IMG/VR virus record: IMGVR_UViG_3300033146_002139
Coordinates: 39,707 to 103,706 of that record
Strand: one strand, 5' to 3'
DNA: 64,000 bases
From: a virus
Lineage: Duplodnaviria; Heunggongvirae; Uroviricota; Caudoviricetes
Part shown: piece by piece, positions 1-10,185 of the stretch
How the letters are laid out: each line of letters opens with the position of its first letter
How positions within the stretch are numbered: the first letter of the stretch is position 1
The notes under the pieces: model-generated
The model's input: only the letters and a program-made list of their open reading frames with translations
The model's database searches: none
Told to the model about the DNA's origin: nothing
Translations under genes and position numbers: made by a program

Positions 1-7
1 TATTGGA

Positions 8-1213
8 ATGTATAAGCTAGTTGCTAGGACACCACAATCTGGGCTCAATAGAATGGTATTCCATAGGTTAGATGAAAACTTTTTTCCGTCATACGGAATT
101 CTTCTTAACGGAGAATGGGGAATAGCAACTCTTAGAAAAGACGCTTTAAAAGGCATAGTTGGTATTTACAATAAGTTCGTGACATCGCCATTAGGGCTTG
201 AAGAAGCTTATTCTGCAAATAGAGAGCTCGTTACAAGGGCAGGGATTGAAGAGAAAATTGCTAGTGCTATTTCTATTATAGCAAAAGCTGATGATATAAC
301 TATAGAAGATAGCATTCAGGATATAACAATACTTTTTAGCACCGAAAACACCTTAAACGAACTTATAGATGAGAATTGGGTAACAGGAATTGATTACGAA
401 TGGGCATTTGAATATGGAACCCTTACTAACGGAAGGCTAGATTCTGAAGATAATACAAAAGGAACTCAAGTTCTATCTTTTGAGGATACAACGGATACAG
501 CAAATAATAAAGTTTGGGATGAGGGGTTTTATGTCCTTTATTCAAATATTAATTTTGACTTATATCCTTTAAAGCAATTACAATTAAATTCAGAGAGTGG
601 TTTTATTCATGAGGGTTTTAACCATGGTCTTGAAGGTGGCTTGTATAAATACTCTTTTTATGTTGCAGGAACGGAAGATGAAAGAAGAATAATAGCATTT
701 ATGATGACAACAGGGGACGCTACCGTTTTTCATGCCTATTTTGCAAATATGTCCCTTTATCCAGTATTTACTGTTCATAAAATAAAAAACATAAACTATA
801 TTATAGACGAAGATTTTGAGTCAATTGATGGTTCGGATACACCTATGTCTGACCCAAATTCAGAATTAGTTACTAGAGCATATGTTGACAATTCTAGTGG
901 AGTTGTTGGTTACACACAAGTTTTTACAAATACAGATTTGATTTCTGGGGAGTTATCAGTTGCTCACAACTTATCTGCACAAGATTCAATATGTCATATA
1001 ACAGTAAAAGATGATAACGACAAAGTAGTAGTTCCTGATGATATCACATTTGTTAACGCTAACACATTGACTATAGACTTTAGAATGGCAGAGCCTATAA
1101 ATGGGTCTTGGGTAGTTCTAGTTACTTGCCTAAAAACAGATATCGTTATACCTGAAACTGAAAACAATAAATATATCAATGGAATGCCATTAAATACAAC
1201 AACTTTAAATTAG
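8..1213 (+). CDS. Putative virion structural protein, possibly 5'-truncated by the window edge
   Basis: 401-aa ORF at the window start. The C-terminal beta-rich segment (HNLSAQD...VVVPDDITFVNANTLTIDF) is of a type common in phage virion proteins, and it sits in a structural gene run. Confidence 0.55.
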   Translation: MYKLVARTPQSGLNRMVFHRLDENFFPSYGILLNGEWGIATLRKDALKGIVGIYNKFVTSPLGLEEAYSANRELVTRAGIEEKIASAISIIAKADDITIEDSIQDITILFSTENTLNELIDENWVTGIDYEWAFEYGTLTNGRLDSEDNTKGTQVLSFEDTTDTANNKVWDEGFYVLYSNINFDLYPLKQLQLNSESGFIHEGFNHGLEGGLYKYSFYVAGTEDERRIIAFMMTTGDATVFHAYFANMSLYPVFTVHKIKNINYIIDEDFESIDGSDTPMSDPNSELVTRAYVDNSSGVVGYTQVFTNTDLISGELSVAHNLSAQDSICHITVKDDNDKVVVPDDITFVNANTLTIDFRMAEPINGSWVVLVTCLKTDIVIPETENNKYINGMPLNTTTLN

Positions 1214-1228
1214 GACTGGAGATTAAAA

Positions 1229-2761
1229 ATGTCTATAAAATTAAAAAATAATGCCAAAGATACTTTGGCTGCTGCATTAGACGGAACGGCAACTACGGTA
1301 ACAGTATCTGACGGCTCAAAATTTCCTGCACTAGGAGGCTCTGACTGGTTTTGGGCTACAATTGCAGACCAAGTTGTAGATACAAATTTTGAGATAGTTA
1401 AAGTTACTGCTATAGTAGGAAATGTATTAAGCATAGTAAGAGCACAAGAAGGTACCGTGGCAAGAGCTGCAAACCTTGGAGACTTAATAGAGCAAAGAAT
1501 TACAAGACAAACACTTATAGATTTAAGTGCAGGAACGGAAGAAAGAATATATTTAGATGAGTTTTATTTTGCACTTATAAACGATACAATAGCTGTTTCA
1601 GGTAATGATTTAATGGGTAACAATTTAAAACACGCTCCAGAACTATTGTCTAATTGGGATTTCTTTTGGGGTGCAAATGTAAAGGTACAATTAGAAGATA
1701 TTACCAACCATATTACAACAGACGATTTGTCGTTTCCAACGCTAACAGATATGCATACTTATATAACGGCAAATATTGGAAATTCAGGGGATACGGCAAA
1801 TGTAACTGTTATTGCAAGACCATATGAGATTGTAGATAACAGCATTCCTGTTCAAACAAAAATATATGGGCTTAATAGATTATTTTCGTCAATGAAAGGG
1901 AGAAGAATGTATACCACTTCTATGTCTGATACATGTAGAAATACTAACGATGGAGCAGCCCCAACAGCCATTTTTAATAGATTGATGGGGACTTCACTAC
2001 CTGAATCGGCAAATATTTTAAATACTGTTTGGCTCGGAAGAGGGAAAAAAAATCATTATGGTCCACGAATGTTCAAAGGAACACAACAAGATTATACTAT
2101 AAACTTCACACAAGGTGGCGGTGGAGCTGGAAGAACTTGCTACGATATTGGTGATGCTAGTTTTAAAAACGTTGGAGCTGGAATTGAGGACTATAAGTCA
2201 CATAAAGACAATGATGTTATTTTTTGTTTGTCTAATAATAATAATAATATAAGTATTATTGGCGCTTTTAAATGGTATAACATGATAAATGAAATGAGAA
2301 AGGGAACATCTACAGTGATGGCTTCAATCGTTACAGGGGATATTAATAATACTAGAAAAGCTATTGTAGTTAAACCAGTAGGAATAGACCAAGTTTTAGT
2401 CCAAATGCCAGATTTTTCAATTTACAATTTCGAGATGGTGTTTTTTAATGACCATACACAGAACCATATATACCTATCCTCTTTCACAGGAAAAGGCGAT
2501 TTTACATATACAGACTTCGATGATAACGGTAGTAAAATGCGAATAGATAGTGCGGAATGGCTTAATACTTCAGTAAATAACAAAGCAACTCATCTTGCTG
2601 AACAGCAAAGAGTAAACGGCATGGTATGGAATACGGTAAGATTCAGACTAAGAAATAAGGCTACAGGAAAGATAAGTAAACTGTCCTATAGTGGAATCGA
2701 AACCGTTAACACAAAAGCTATAAATGCGAAAATAATGAGAATAAAATCTTACGAAAAATAA
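1229..2761 (+). CDS. Tail fibre-like virion protein
   Basis: N-terminus (NNAKDTLAAALDGTATTVTVSDGSKFP...EIVKVTA...VRAQEGT) resembles a widespread phage fibre anchor domain. RBS GGAG lies upstream. Confidence 0.6.
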   Translation: MSIKLKNNAKDTLAAALDGTATTVTVSDGSKFPALGGSDWFWATIADQVVDTNFEIVKVTAIVGNVLSIVRAQEGTVARAANLGDLIEQRITRQTLIDLSAGTEERIYLDEFYFALINDTIAVSGNDLMGNNLKHAPELLSNWDFFWGANVKVQLEDITNHITTDDLSFPTLTDMHTYITANIGNSGDTANVTVIARPYEIVDNSIPVQTKIYGLNRLFSSMKGRRMYTTSMSDTCRNTNDGAAPTAIFNRLMGTSLPESANILNTVWLGRGKKNHYGPRMFKGTQQDYTINFTQGGGGAGRTCYDIGDASFKNVGAGIEDYKSHKDNDVIFCLSNNNNNISIIGAFKWYNMINEMRKGTSTVMASIVTGDINNTRKAIVVKPVGIDQVLVQMPDFSIYNFEMVFFNDHTQNHIYLSSFTGKGDFTYTDFDDNGSKMRIDSAEWLNTSVNNKATHLAEQQRVNGMVWNTVRFRLRNKATGKISKLSYSGIETVNTKAINAKIMRIKSYEK

Positions 2762-3040
2762 AATACAAGGATAATTTTAAAAAGTTTAAAGTACTCTCTG
2801 CCTTATGATAGGTTATGTTTAAAATACTATCTGCCTTATGACTGGTTATGTTTAAAATACGGTCTGCCTTATGAGATGTCAAAACACACAATTTAAAATT
2901 ATCACAAATTTAGAATAAATACAAGGGTTTAAAAAAAGTTTAAAGTACTCTCTGCCTTATGATAGGTTATGTTTAAAATACTATCTGCCTTATGACCGGT
3001 TACGTTTAAAATACGGTCTGCCTTATGAGATGTCAAAACA
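2761..3040. repeat. Two ~125-bp blocks (154 bp apart), each with three 33-bp direct repeats with core GTTTAAA(A/G)TACNNTCTGCCTTATGA
   Basis: Repeat units start at 2784, 2817, 2850 and at 2938, 2971, 3004, read directly from the sequence. The region is intergenic. Confidence 0.95.
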
Positions 3041-3078
3041 GCACTTTATTTAATCCTTAAAGAAATCGGAGTTACTAA

Positions 3079-5616
3079 ATGAGTAAGCAAACATCATTAG
3101 ATATCAAACAAGCCAACAATTCCGTTTCTCCTGAAAATGGATTTATAAGAATAAAAGGTGATGTTGATGGAAACCTACAATATATACTTCCAGATGGAAC
3201 GGAAAGAGCAATATCGTCTCCATGGGAATTGCCTGTTGTTAATAATGATGTTTCTGACCCTGCAACATTAACTCCAACCGCCTTTGAACATTACATAGTT
3301 CCAATAGGAGCTGTCAATGATTGGGCGGGACACGACAATGATATTGCTAATTGGACGGGGACTACATGGGAGTTTATATCACCAGAGCATTCTTGGACAC
3401 TATATGTGAAATCTGTTAATAAGTTAATAGCTTTTGATGGAACAAATTGGATTGGAACATCAGGGGCAAATACTTTTGCAACTTTAGACGATGTTTCTTT
3501 TAACAATACATATGATGATTGGTTTGTTCCTAGTAAAGACGAATTACAAGAATTGTATAATGTTGTTCATTTTGGCGGATTGTATGTGTTTCCAACAGCT
3601 GCAGACTATTGGTCATCAAGTGAAAGTGGAAGCTCAAGCGCATGGAAACTGAATTTTAACACCGGTATTTGGCAAAATGGATACAGTAAGTCAAATTTTT
3701 ATAATTCAATTCCTATAAGAGAATTTACCTCAACTATAACATACTCTGTAGGAGAAATTGGTCCTGCAGGCGGATTTATATTTTATAAAAACGGTGACTA
3801 TTACCTAGAAACTTCAACACGAAGATATAATGAAAGATGGTGTAACACCTCAATATCAAGTCAGCATATTGATAATACCGATAACTTAACAATCGGTACA
3901 GGAAGGACCAATTCTACAGCTATGTTGGCTTATCCAGGATATCCTACAGGAATTGCAAATCATTCAGATACATATTCAGTAGTAACAACCGTTCCATCTG
4001 ATAAAGATATTGTTGTTTTTGATGGAACGGTGTGGAAGAATGTGCATATGGGTAGCTCAGGTAAGTTAGCGAATTTATCCGATGTTTTATTTAAAGATGT
4101 TTATGACGACTGGTATATTGGTTCTATTGATTTAATGCACGAAATGATGCTGTTTGTTGGTGTTGGATATAATGGTGCCGGCCTGAACTCTGAATATTTT
4201 TCTTCAACAGAAGATAGTGCAAGTTCAGTACATACTATTAGGTTCGGCAGTCAAACACATTCTACTAGACTTAAGAATTCAACATTGGCACATGTAAGAG
4301 CAATAAGAGATTTTCAGGCACCAATAGCTACTTATGCTACAGGTGATTATGGTCAAGCTGGTGGAATAATATTTTATATAAATGGTACTACTCATTATGA
4401 ATACGCACTTCAAAATTCTCGTGATAAAGTATGGAGTAATATAAATACATTAATTGGAACTAATTCTGCAATCGGTACTGGATTATCTAATACAGAAGCA
4501 ATCGTAGCACAGGCAGGAGCATTAGATACATACGCACATGAAGTTTTAGATTTTATAGTTTATATAACAAAAGACCCAACTGAGGGTAATTACATAACAT
4601 TTAATGAAGATTTGCAAAAATGGGTAATTTCAGAAGATGCAATTGAAACAATAACAGCAAGTAATGGATTAAATAAAAGTTTAGCTGATATTAGATTAGG
4701 TGGAGCGTTGAATCAAAACACCTCAGTTTCTTGTGGGAATTTTAATTTCTCTGTTTCCACGAACTCAACAGGCATTACATTAGACGAGGCAACTCAAGTA
4801 TTAACACTACAAGGCTTGAGTAACGTTCCAAGACTAGGAACCTCACCTGACGGCACAGTTCCTTTGGCAATTGCTACAGTAGACTATGTACAAAGTTATG
4901 CTTCTTTATTAGCTCATTGGACAAAAGCCTCGAATATATTAACACCGGCTGACTCACTTGTAGAAGGTTGGAGAGTTGAAAGAAACTTTAATGGATATGC
5001 TTATTGTCAAATTAGAAATAATGATGATGTTGGAAATGGTGCTGGTTCTGTAATGGAACTTAAAGGCTCTGGTGCTGACTATACCAATAATGTTTATTTT
5101 GGTAAATACGGAAGTTCTTATTGGTTGCCTTTTTTAGCTGGCAATGCTGCGATGCTAACAGACCAAAATATGATTGTCGGTACTGTTGGTAATACTATGC
5201 AATTAAGATTTGTCGTAGGAGGAGGATATGCGGCTCCTGCTCAAGCAGGTTTCTTTGACAGCAACGGATTAAACTTGGAGAGTTTAAAGACAACATCAGT
5301 ACATCCGGCTAGCTATTCAAATGTCTTTGTAGACTCTACAACAGGACTTCTTTATGCAAGTACTTTGGGAGCTACAACACCAATAAAACAAACAGACAAA
5401 TTCACTATAACGGCAAGTGATATTTCTAATGGATATGTCGATTTGTCAAATATTCCAATAACAACAGAACACGAATTTGTTATTTATAATGGAGTTATTC
5501 TTGATGATGGAATAGGAAATGATTACACTTTGACTTCTAATAGAATTACTTTTGATGCATTGTTAACTCCTCTTTTAACTGTTGGTTCTAAGCTAATGGT
5601 TAAATATAAATATTAA
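3079..5616 (+). CDS. Fibre/receptor-binding protein: DUF2793-like domain plus two DUF1566-like (C-type lectin fold) modules
   Basis: YIVP...WAGHDNDIANW...WEF is DUF2793-like. DDWFVPSKDEL, YWSSSE, VRAIRDF and GPAGGFIFY are DUF1566/CLec-type motifs and occur twice. Confidence 0.7.
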   Translation: MSKQTSLDIKQANNSVSPENGFIRIKGDVDGNLQYILPDGTERAISSPWELPVVNNDVSDPATLTPTAFEHYIVPIGAVNDWAGHDNDIANWTGTTWEFISPEHSWTLYVKSVNKLIAFDGTNWIGTSGANTFATLDDVSFNNTYDDWFVPSKDELQELYNVVHFGGLYVFPTAADYWSSSESGSSSAWKLNFNTGIWQNGYSKSNFYNSIPIREFTSTITYSVGEIGPAGGFIFYKNGDYYLETSTRRYNERWCNTSISSQHIDNTDNLTIGTGRTNSTAMLAYPGYPTGIANHSDTYSVVTTVPSDKDIVVFDGTVWKNVHMGSSGKLANLSDVLFKDVYDDWYIGSIDLMHEMMLFVGVGYNGAGLNSEYFSSTEDSASSVHTIRFGSQTHSTRLKNSTLAHVRAIRDFQAPIATYATGDYGQAGGIIFYINGTTHYEYALQNSRDKVWSNINTLIGTNSAIGTGLSNTEAIVAQAGALDTYAHEVLDFIVYITKDPTEGNYITFNEDLQKWVISEDAIETITASNGLNKSLADIRLGGALNQNTSVSCGNFNFSVSTNSTGITLDEATQVLTLQGLSNVPRLGTSPDGTVPLAIATVDYVQSYASLLAHWTKASNILTPADSLVEGWRVERNFNGYAYCQIRNNDDVGNGAGSVMELKGSGADYTNNVYFGKYGSSYWLPFLAGNAAMLTDQNMIVGTVGNTMQLRFVVGGGYAAPAQAGFFDSNGLNLESLKTTSVHPASYSNVFVDSTTGLLYASTLGATTPIKQTDKFTITASDISNGYVDLSNIPITTEHEFVIYNGVILDDGIGNDYTLTSNRITFDALLTPLLTVGSKLMVKYKY

Positions 5617-5636
5617 GAATAAAAATTATAATTCAA

Positions 5637-5665
5637 TTGACAAATAACATTATAATGATTATTTT
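5637..5665 (+). promoter_or_regulatory. Sigma70-like promoter
   Basis: TTGACA-N17-TATTTT upstream of ORF 5704. Confidence 0.55.
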
Positions 5666-5703
5666 AATTATTACATAGAATAAAAGTAGAACGGAGATAT
5701 TTA

Positions 5704-5901
5704 ATGAAAATAAAAATTAGAAATATAGCATTAGCAAGTTATCTTGACTATAAAAAAATAAAACTCATAGACTACGAAGCTCCATATTTCATATTTGAAT
5801 CTAGTGAGAGTGAAAAAAAATGGCAACTTGAATACTACGACAGCGAATTTGCCAAGTTTGATGCGAGTGTAATGAAACTAAGAAATTTCAAATCAAATTA
5901 A
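5704..5901 (+). CDS. Small phage protein (DUF5659-like)
   Basis: 65 aa with a LASYL...FIFE pattern and RBS GGAG. Confidence 0.5.
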   Translation: MKIKIRNIALASYLDYKKIKLIDYEAPYFIFESSESEKKWQLEYYDSEFAKFDASVMKLRNFKSN

Positions 5902-5912
5902 AGAGGTAACTA

Positions 5913-7181
5913 ATGGCTATAACACAATTAAGAAATGAGCAAGTACTAGACGCTACAGTTGAATTTGGGAAATTAAATACAAATGCGTATTCAAACGACC
6001 TTTCTGTTTCTGCCGCTGCAACTGAGTTAGCAAGAGCAGATGCTATTAAAAACTATGTAGACACGATGGTAGATACTAGTCTTAAAACTCCTGAAGCATA
6101 CGACCCAACAGGAACAGGAAATTACCCATTAACCTACGGCGGAAGTGGCATTGAGGCAGGAGACTCTTTTAGAGTTACTGCGGTAGAAGTTGGTATTGGA
6201 GACGGGACTAGAGATGTAAACATAGAAGATTTAATGATAGCTCTAGTAGACGGACCTAGCGCTACAGTATCAACCGATTGGATGGTAGCTGAAAGCAATA
6301 GAAGTCAAGCAACAGAAACGATTTTAGGTGTTTCAAAAATTGCTACTCAAGCAATAGTAAATGCTGAAGTTAATGATACCGATTACGTAACTCCCTTGAA
6401 AATGGCGACCTATATATCCGCTAACACTCTGGGAGCAGGAGCAGGTCTTGTAGTAAACGGAACAGACGCTGATGTAGTTGCTGCTGATTTATCGTTAGTA
6501 GTAAATGCTGATGATATGGCAGTTAATATTGGAACTACAAATGGAACAACACTAGAAGTGTCTGCAACAGGGCTAGAATTAGCACCGATAGTTATTGGAC
6601 AAAGAACTTTTAACGGCGGTCCATTCTCTGTTGAGACAGGAGTTAATGACCTAGAATTAAACAACGGTTCTGCGGGACAAGTAAATATTGGTGGAGCAAC
6701 TTCAAGTAGAATATACTCGTTTGCACAAAATATCTTATTTAGAGAATCCGAGATTTCTGCGGCAGCTATCACTACAGCAATTCCTTTAGCCGTGACCACT
6801 ACAGTTGATTATGGTTCAGGTACAGCGGCAGGTGATTTAATAGATGCTTTTAGAGCTGAATTTACAGATATAGCATTAATCAATGCTATAATGGAAACAA
6901 AGCAAATTGCAGACAATGCTTCTGTTGTAAAGCTAACAAGATATTCAAATGAGGCCCCTGCTGTTACAAACGGTTCTGCGGTGCTTCCTGCATTATTAAA
7001 CTTAGGAACCCATGCTACTGACAAAGTTGCAAATGTTGAGGTTTATCTTAATGGCTCAGCTCAACAACCAGGAGTCGGAAATGATTATACTTTAAATGCA
7101 TTAACAGGCGTTATTACTATGGAATTTAACTTAATAACAACAGATAAAGTCTTAGTACATTACAACTCTCAAGATGCATAA
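5913..7181 (+). CDS. Virion structural protein
   Basis: 422 aa, G/A/T/V-rich. The C-terminal VYLNG..Q.PG..NDYT beta module is similar to the C-terminus of ORF 3079. RBS GAGG. Confidence 0.6.
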   Translation: MAITQLRNEQVLDATVEFGKLNTNAYSNDLSVSAAATELARADAIKNYVDTMVDTSLKTPEAYDPTGTGNYPLTYGGSGIEAGDSFRVTAVEVGIGDGTRDVNIEDLMIALVDGPSATVSTDWMVAESNRSQATETILGVSKIATQAIVNAEVNDTDYVTPLKMATYISANTLGAGAGLVVNGTDADVVAADLSLVVNADDMAVNIGTTNGTTLEVSATGLELAPIVIGQRTFNGGPFSVETGVNDLELNNGSAGQVNIGGATSSRIYSFAQNILFRESEISAAAITTAIPLAVTTTVDYGSGTAAGDLIDAFRAEFTDIALINAIMETKQIADNASVVKLTRYSNEAPAVTNGSAVLPALLNLGTHATDKVANVEVYLNGSAQQPGVGNDYTLNALTGVITMEFNLITTDKVLVHYNSQDA

Positions 7182-7193
7182 TTACTGATTTTT

Positions 7194-7214
7194 AAGGGGT
7201 GTAAAAACCCCTTT
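7194..7214 (+). terminator. Intrinsic terminator-like hairpin
   Basis: AAGGGGT-GTAAAA-ACCCCTT-T just after the stop of ORF 5913; the T tract is short. Confidence 0.55.
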
Positions 7215-7232
7215 ATAATAAAGGATAAATAA

Positions 7233-7457
7233 ATGAATAAATTATTTGAAAAAAAAATTATAGGATATGCACTTGCTGTTATGATTTTAGCTGTAGCAAT
7301 AAGATTTCTTTTTAACGGAGGAGATATTGCAGTATCTAAAGATGGCTTTAATTTTGATGTTAAAATAGCAGTAGAGTCAACATTAAATAAAAAAGATAGC
7401 CTGAAGGTAGTGAGCGTTGATAGCTTAAAAACAGTAAAGAACGATAGTACAAAATAA
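7233..7457 (+). CDS. Small membrane protein
   Basis: 74 aa with one hydrophobic N-terminal helix. Confidence 0.6.
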   Translation: MNKLFEKKIIGYALAVMILAVAIRFLFNGGDIAVSKDGFNFDVKIAVESTLNKKDSLKVVSVDSLKTVKNDSTK

Positions 7458-7466
7458 GGATTTTTT

Positions 7467-9149
7467 ATGTCAAGAACACAATCTGATTATAGAAATATAA
7501 AAAACAATACACTGACTGGAGCAAGCTTTGTTTCTCAGTTAAATATCTTTGATGAGACAAGAAGTTATTTAATAGATGATACATGTTGGTGGGGTGGATA
7601 TATTTATAAAGCTACTGCAAATATGGCAGGACTTGATGAGGGAGATATTTCAATGTCTCCAACTGGAGGTGGTTCTTGGATAGTAACTACTGAAGCTCAA
7701 AACATTCATAACAGAGTTTCTAATACGCAACAACTAATGACATTGGCCACCCAAACAGTACTGTATCAAACAGAATCTATTTATAGTGGCGGTTTTGCGG
7801 ATTATAGCAACGGGGTGTTCACTTTTAATCGAAATGGCATCTTTGTTATAGACATAGCAATGGGCTTTAACGACCCCGCTGGAAATAGAAGAGAGATAGT
7901 AACAAGAATCAATCACAACGGAACCGTAATTGATAATCTTTATATCCCAGTGTACACTAGAGGTACTGCAGATGCTGCAATAGGCGGAGGGTCTCAACAG
8001 TGTGCCTTGCCTGTGTCAATAGGACAAACACTAGAGGTCGAATGTACTGTGGTAGATGGGGCAAATATAAACACAATCCCTGAAGCTTGTTCTATAAATA
8101 TTTTTATCCCTGGAGGAGAACAAGGGATTCAAGGTGAAAAAGGTGATATAGGCGAATTAGTATGGGTTGGTGATTATGCAACAGGCTCATATGATGATAA
8201 TGAAGTTGTGAGATACAACAATAATATTTTTGTCTGTAGAGCGAATGGGACAATAACAAACCCCGGAACACCATCAAGTCCAAATACTGGATGGGATTTA
8301 GTAATGGCCGCTCCAACAGCAACAGGAGACGGTGTTCAACCATACCTATTAGCACAGCCTGACACGGTTTTTCCAATAAATGCAGTAGGAGTTACATATA
8401 CTCTTATTGGAGGGAATTTTGATAATAACATGTCTATAGACATGGGACCTGAACTTACGATAACATCTTTAACCGCAACTTCAGACATAGAAGCAGAGGT
8501 AGTTTTTAACACAAGCAATACTATACAGACTGATTTTTTTGCTGTTCTTAGTAGAGGCTCGCTTAATCATTTTGGGGGTAGTTTTAAAATTTCTACTGGA
8601 GAAATAATTGGAACAGGTTCTGCAGGAACATTTACAACAAACTTTAATCATGCGACTGGCAATACTAACGGTAATGCTCTTTGGGGTGCAAATTGGGATT
8701 TATGGATTGACACTGGTGTTAATTCATTAGACGGTTTGTTTCAAGATAGTAACAATACTACCGGCTCTGGGGGTACAGGCCCGAATGCCGCACACGATAG
8801 CTATTATATGTTTACAGAAAGAAGTAGCCCTAATTTTGATGGAACAGATAAAGATGCTACCGCTACAACATCAAACTTTAGAGATGCAGATAGTATACAA
8901 TTCTGGTATCATATGTTTGGAACAGATATGGGCGATTTAATACTACAAGCTCAAGATGGTGGTAATAATTGGAATACAGTTCAAACCTGGAGTGGACCAC
9001 AACAAGCTGCACAAGGAGACCCATTTTTAGATAGTGGGGTTATTAGTCTTACAGCATATGCTCCAAAAGCTATAAGATTTTTATTTACAACACCGGTAGG
9101 CTATACAAGTGACGTAGCTTTAGATGACATTATAATAATAAGTTCGTAG
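7467..9149 (+). CDS. Multi-domain adhesin-like virion protein (C1q-like, short collagen linker, Ig/TIG-like, C-terminal MAM domain)
   Basis: GVFTFNRNGIFVI is C1q-like. GEQGIQGEKGDIG is a collagen triplet run. YYMFTERSS, FWYHMFGTDMGDL and DVALDDIII are MAM hallmarks. Confidence 0.65.
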   Translation: MSRTQSDYRNIKNNTLTGASFVSQLNIFDETRSYLIDDTCWWGGYIYKATANMAGLDEGDISMSPTGGGSWIVTTEAQNIHNRVSNTQQLMTLATQTVLYQTESIYSGGFADYSNGVFTFNRNGIFVIDIAMGFNDPAGNRREIVTRINHNGTVIDNLYIPVYTRGTADAAIGGGSQQCALPVSIGQTLEVECTVVDGANINTIPEACSINIFIPGGEQGIQGEKGDIGELVWVGDYATGSYDDNEVVRYNNNIFVCRANGTITNPGTPSSPNTGWDLVMAAPTATGDGVQPYLLAQPDTVFPINAVGVTYTLIGGNFDNNMSIDMGPELTITSLTATSDIEAEVVFNTSNTIQTDFFAVLSRGSLNHFGGSFKISTGEIIGTGSAGTFTTNFNHATGNTNGNALWGANWDLWIDTGVNSLDGLFQDSNNTTGSGGTGPNAAHDSYYMFTERSSPNFDGTDKDATATTSNFRDADSIQFWYHMFGTDMGDLILQAQDGGNNWNTVQTWSGPQQAAQGDPFLDSGVISLTAYAPKAIRFLFTTPVGYTSDVALDDIIIISS

Positions 9150-9157
9150 GGAGAGTT

Positions 9158-9778
9158 ATGCTAGTAGAGCAAGAAGAATTTACGGAAGAAGTTTCTAATT
9201 GGAAGCAATCAATTGGAATAGATGTTAGTGAGAAAATGGAAAATGAAGATGTTTTTTCTTTGTCAATTCAAGCTACAGACAACTATATTTTTATAAAGGA
9301 TACTGCAAAAAAATATATTGATGCCTTTAATGAAATAGGAAATAAAAAATGGCAAAACTTTAATAGTTACGGGCAACTTCCGGATAGTGCCTCAACAACT
9401 GGGCTCAATAAAATATGGGAATTCGAGTTACTTAAATTATCAAAAATTAGCAACAATAAATTAGCCATATTTACATATATGAATAATATGCCAGATGGAT
9501 GTGTTACTGTTAATGGGATTGTAGTAAACTCAACATCCTTAGATTTAAGCAATTTTGAAAGAGCTTACAATTATCTTAACATGGCAAGCGCGACTGAAAC
9601 ACAGATAAGGGATTTCTATAATACAACACATACCGTATCTCTTGCTGAACTTGGTCAAATATGTGCAGATATATTTCAAAAAGGAATAATGCTGTATCAT
9701 ACAAAGTGGCAACTAGAAGAAAACATAAAAAATGCAACAAACTTAACCGAACTAAACGAGTGTAATTTTAATGGCTAA
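9158..9778 (+). CDS. Hypothetical protein, possibly fibre assembly (DUF4376-like C-terminus)
   Basis: 206 aa with RBS GGAG. The C-terminus (KWQLEENIKNATNLTELNE) is typical of such proteins. Confidence 0.5.
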   Translation: MLVEQEEFTEEVSNWKQSIGIDVSEKMENEDVFSLSIQATDNYIFIKDTAKKYIDAFNEIGNKKWQNFNSYGQLPDSASTTGLNKIWEFELLKLSKISNNKLAIFTYMNNMPDGCVTVNGIVVNSTSLDLSNFERAYNYLNMASATETQIRDFYNTTHTVSLAELGQICADIFQKGIMLYHTKWQLEENIKNATNLTELNECNFNG

Positions 9779-10184
9779 ATACTATAAATGGATTTTATCC
9801 GAAAATTTCATATACAAACATGGGATTTCTGGTATAAGCAAAACATACAACATAGAAAATTGGGGTACTATATCCGAATCTGAAATCATTATTTATAAGC
9901 CATATAGCTGGGATGGATGTTCTCCAAAAATAAGTATTTTCAATTGGTTTACTTTTGGGATTTGGGATGGCTCATTATCCGACAAAACAAAGAACCAATC
10001 TTTATATGAAGCAAGTTTAGTGCATGATTTTCTTTGTCAGTTTTCAGACAAAGTTCCGTTTGATAGAAAAACCACTGACAAACTATTCTATAAGATGATG
10101 AAAGAAGCTAATTTCTCCATGTCTTATCTTTATTATTGGTCAGTAATACATTATAGAATTATTAAAAATAAAATAGGGATGTAA
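9771..10184 (+). CDS. DUF1353-like protein
   Basis: SWDGCSP, ASLVHDFLC and TDKLFYKMM motifs. Confidence 0.65.
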   Translation: MAKYYKWILSENFIYKHGISGISKTYNIENWGTISESEIIIYKPYSWDGCSPKISIFNWFTFGIWDGSLSDKTKNQSLYEASLVHDFLCQFSDKVPFDRKTTDKLFYKMMKEANFSMSYLYYWSVIHYRIIKNKIGM

Positions 10185-10185
10185 A

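Noticed and set aside
2761-3040. CRISPR array
   Set aside because: The sequence between the conserved cores is only about 8 nt and nearly identical, so there are no unique spacers. No cas genes are present.
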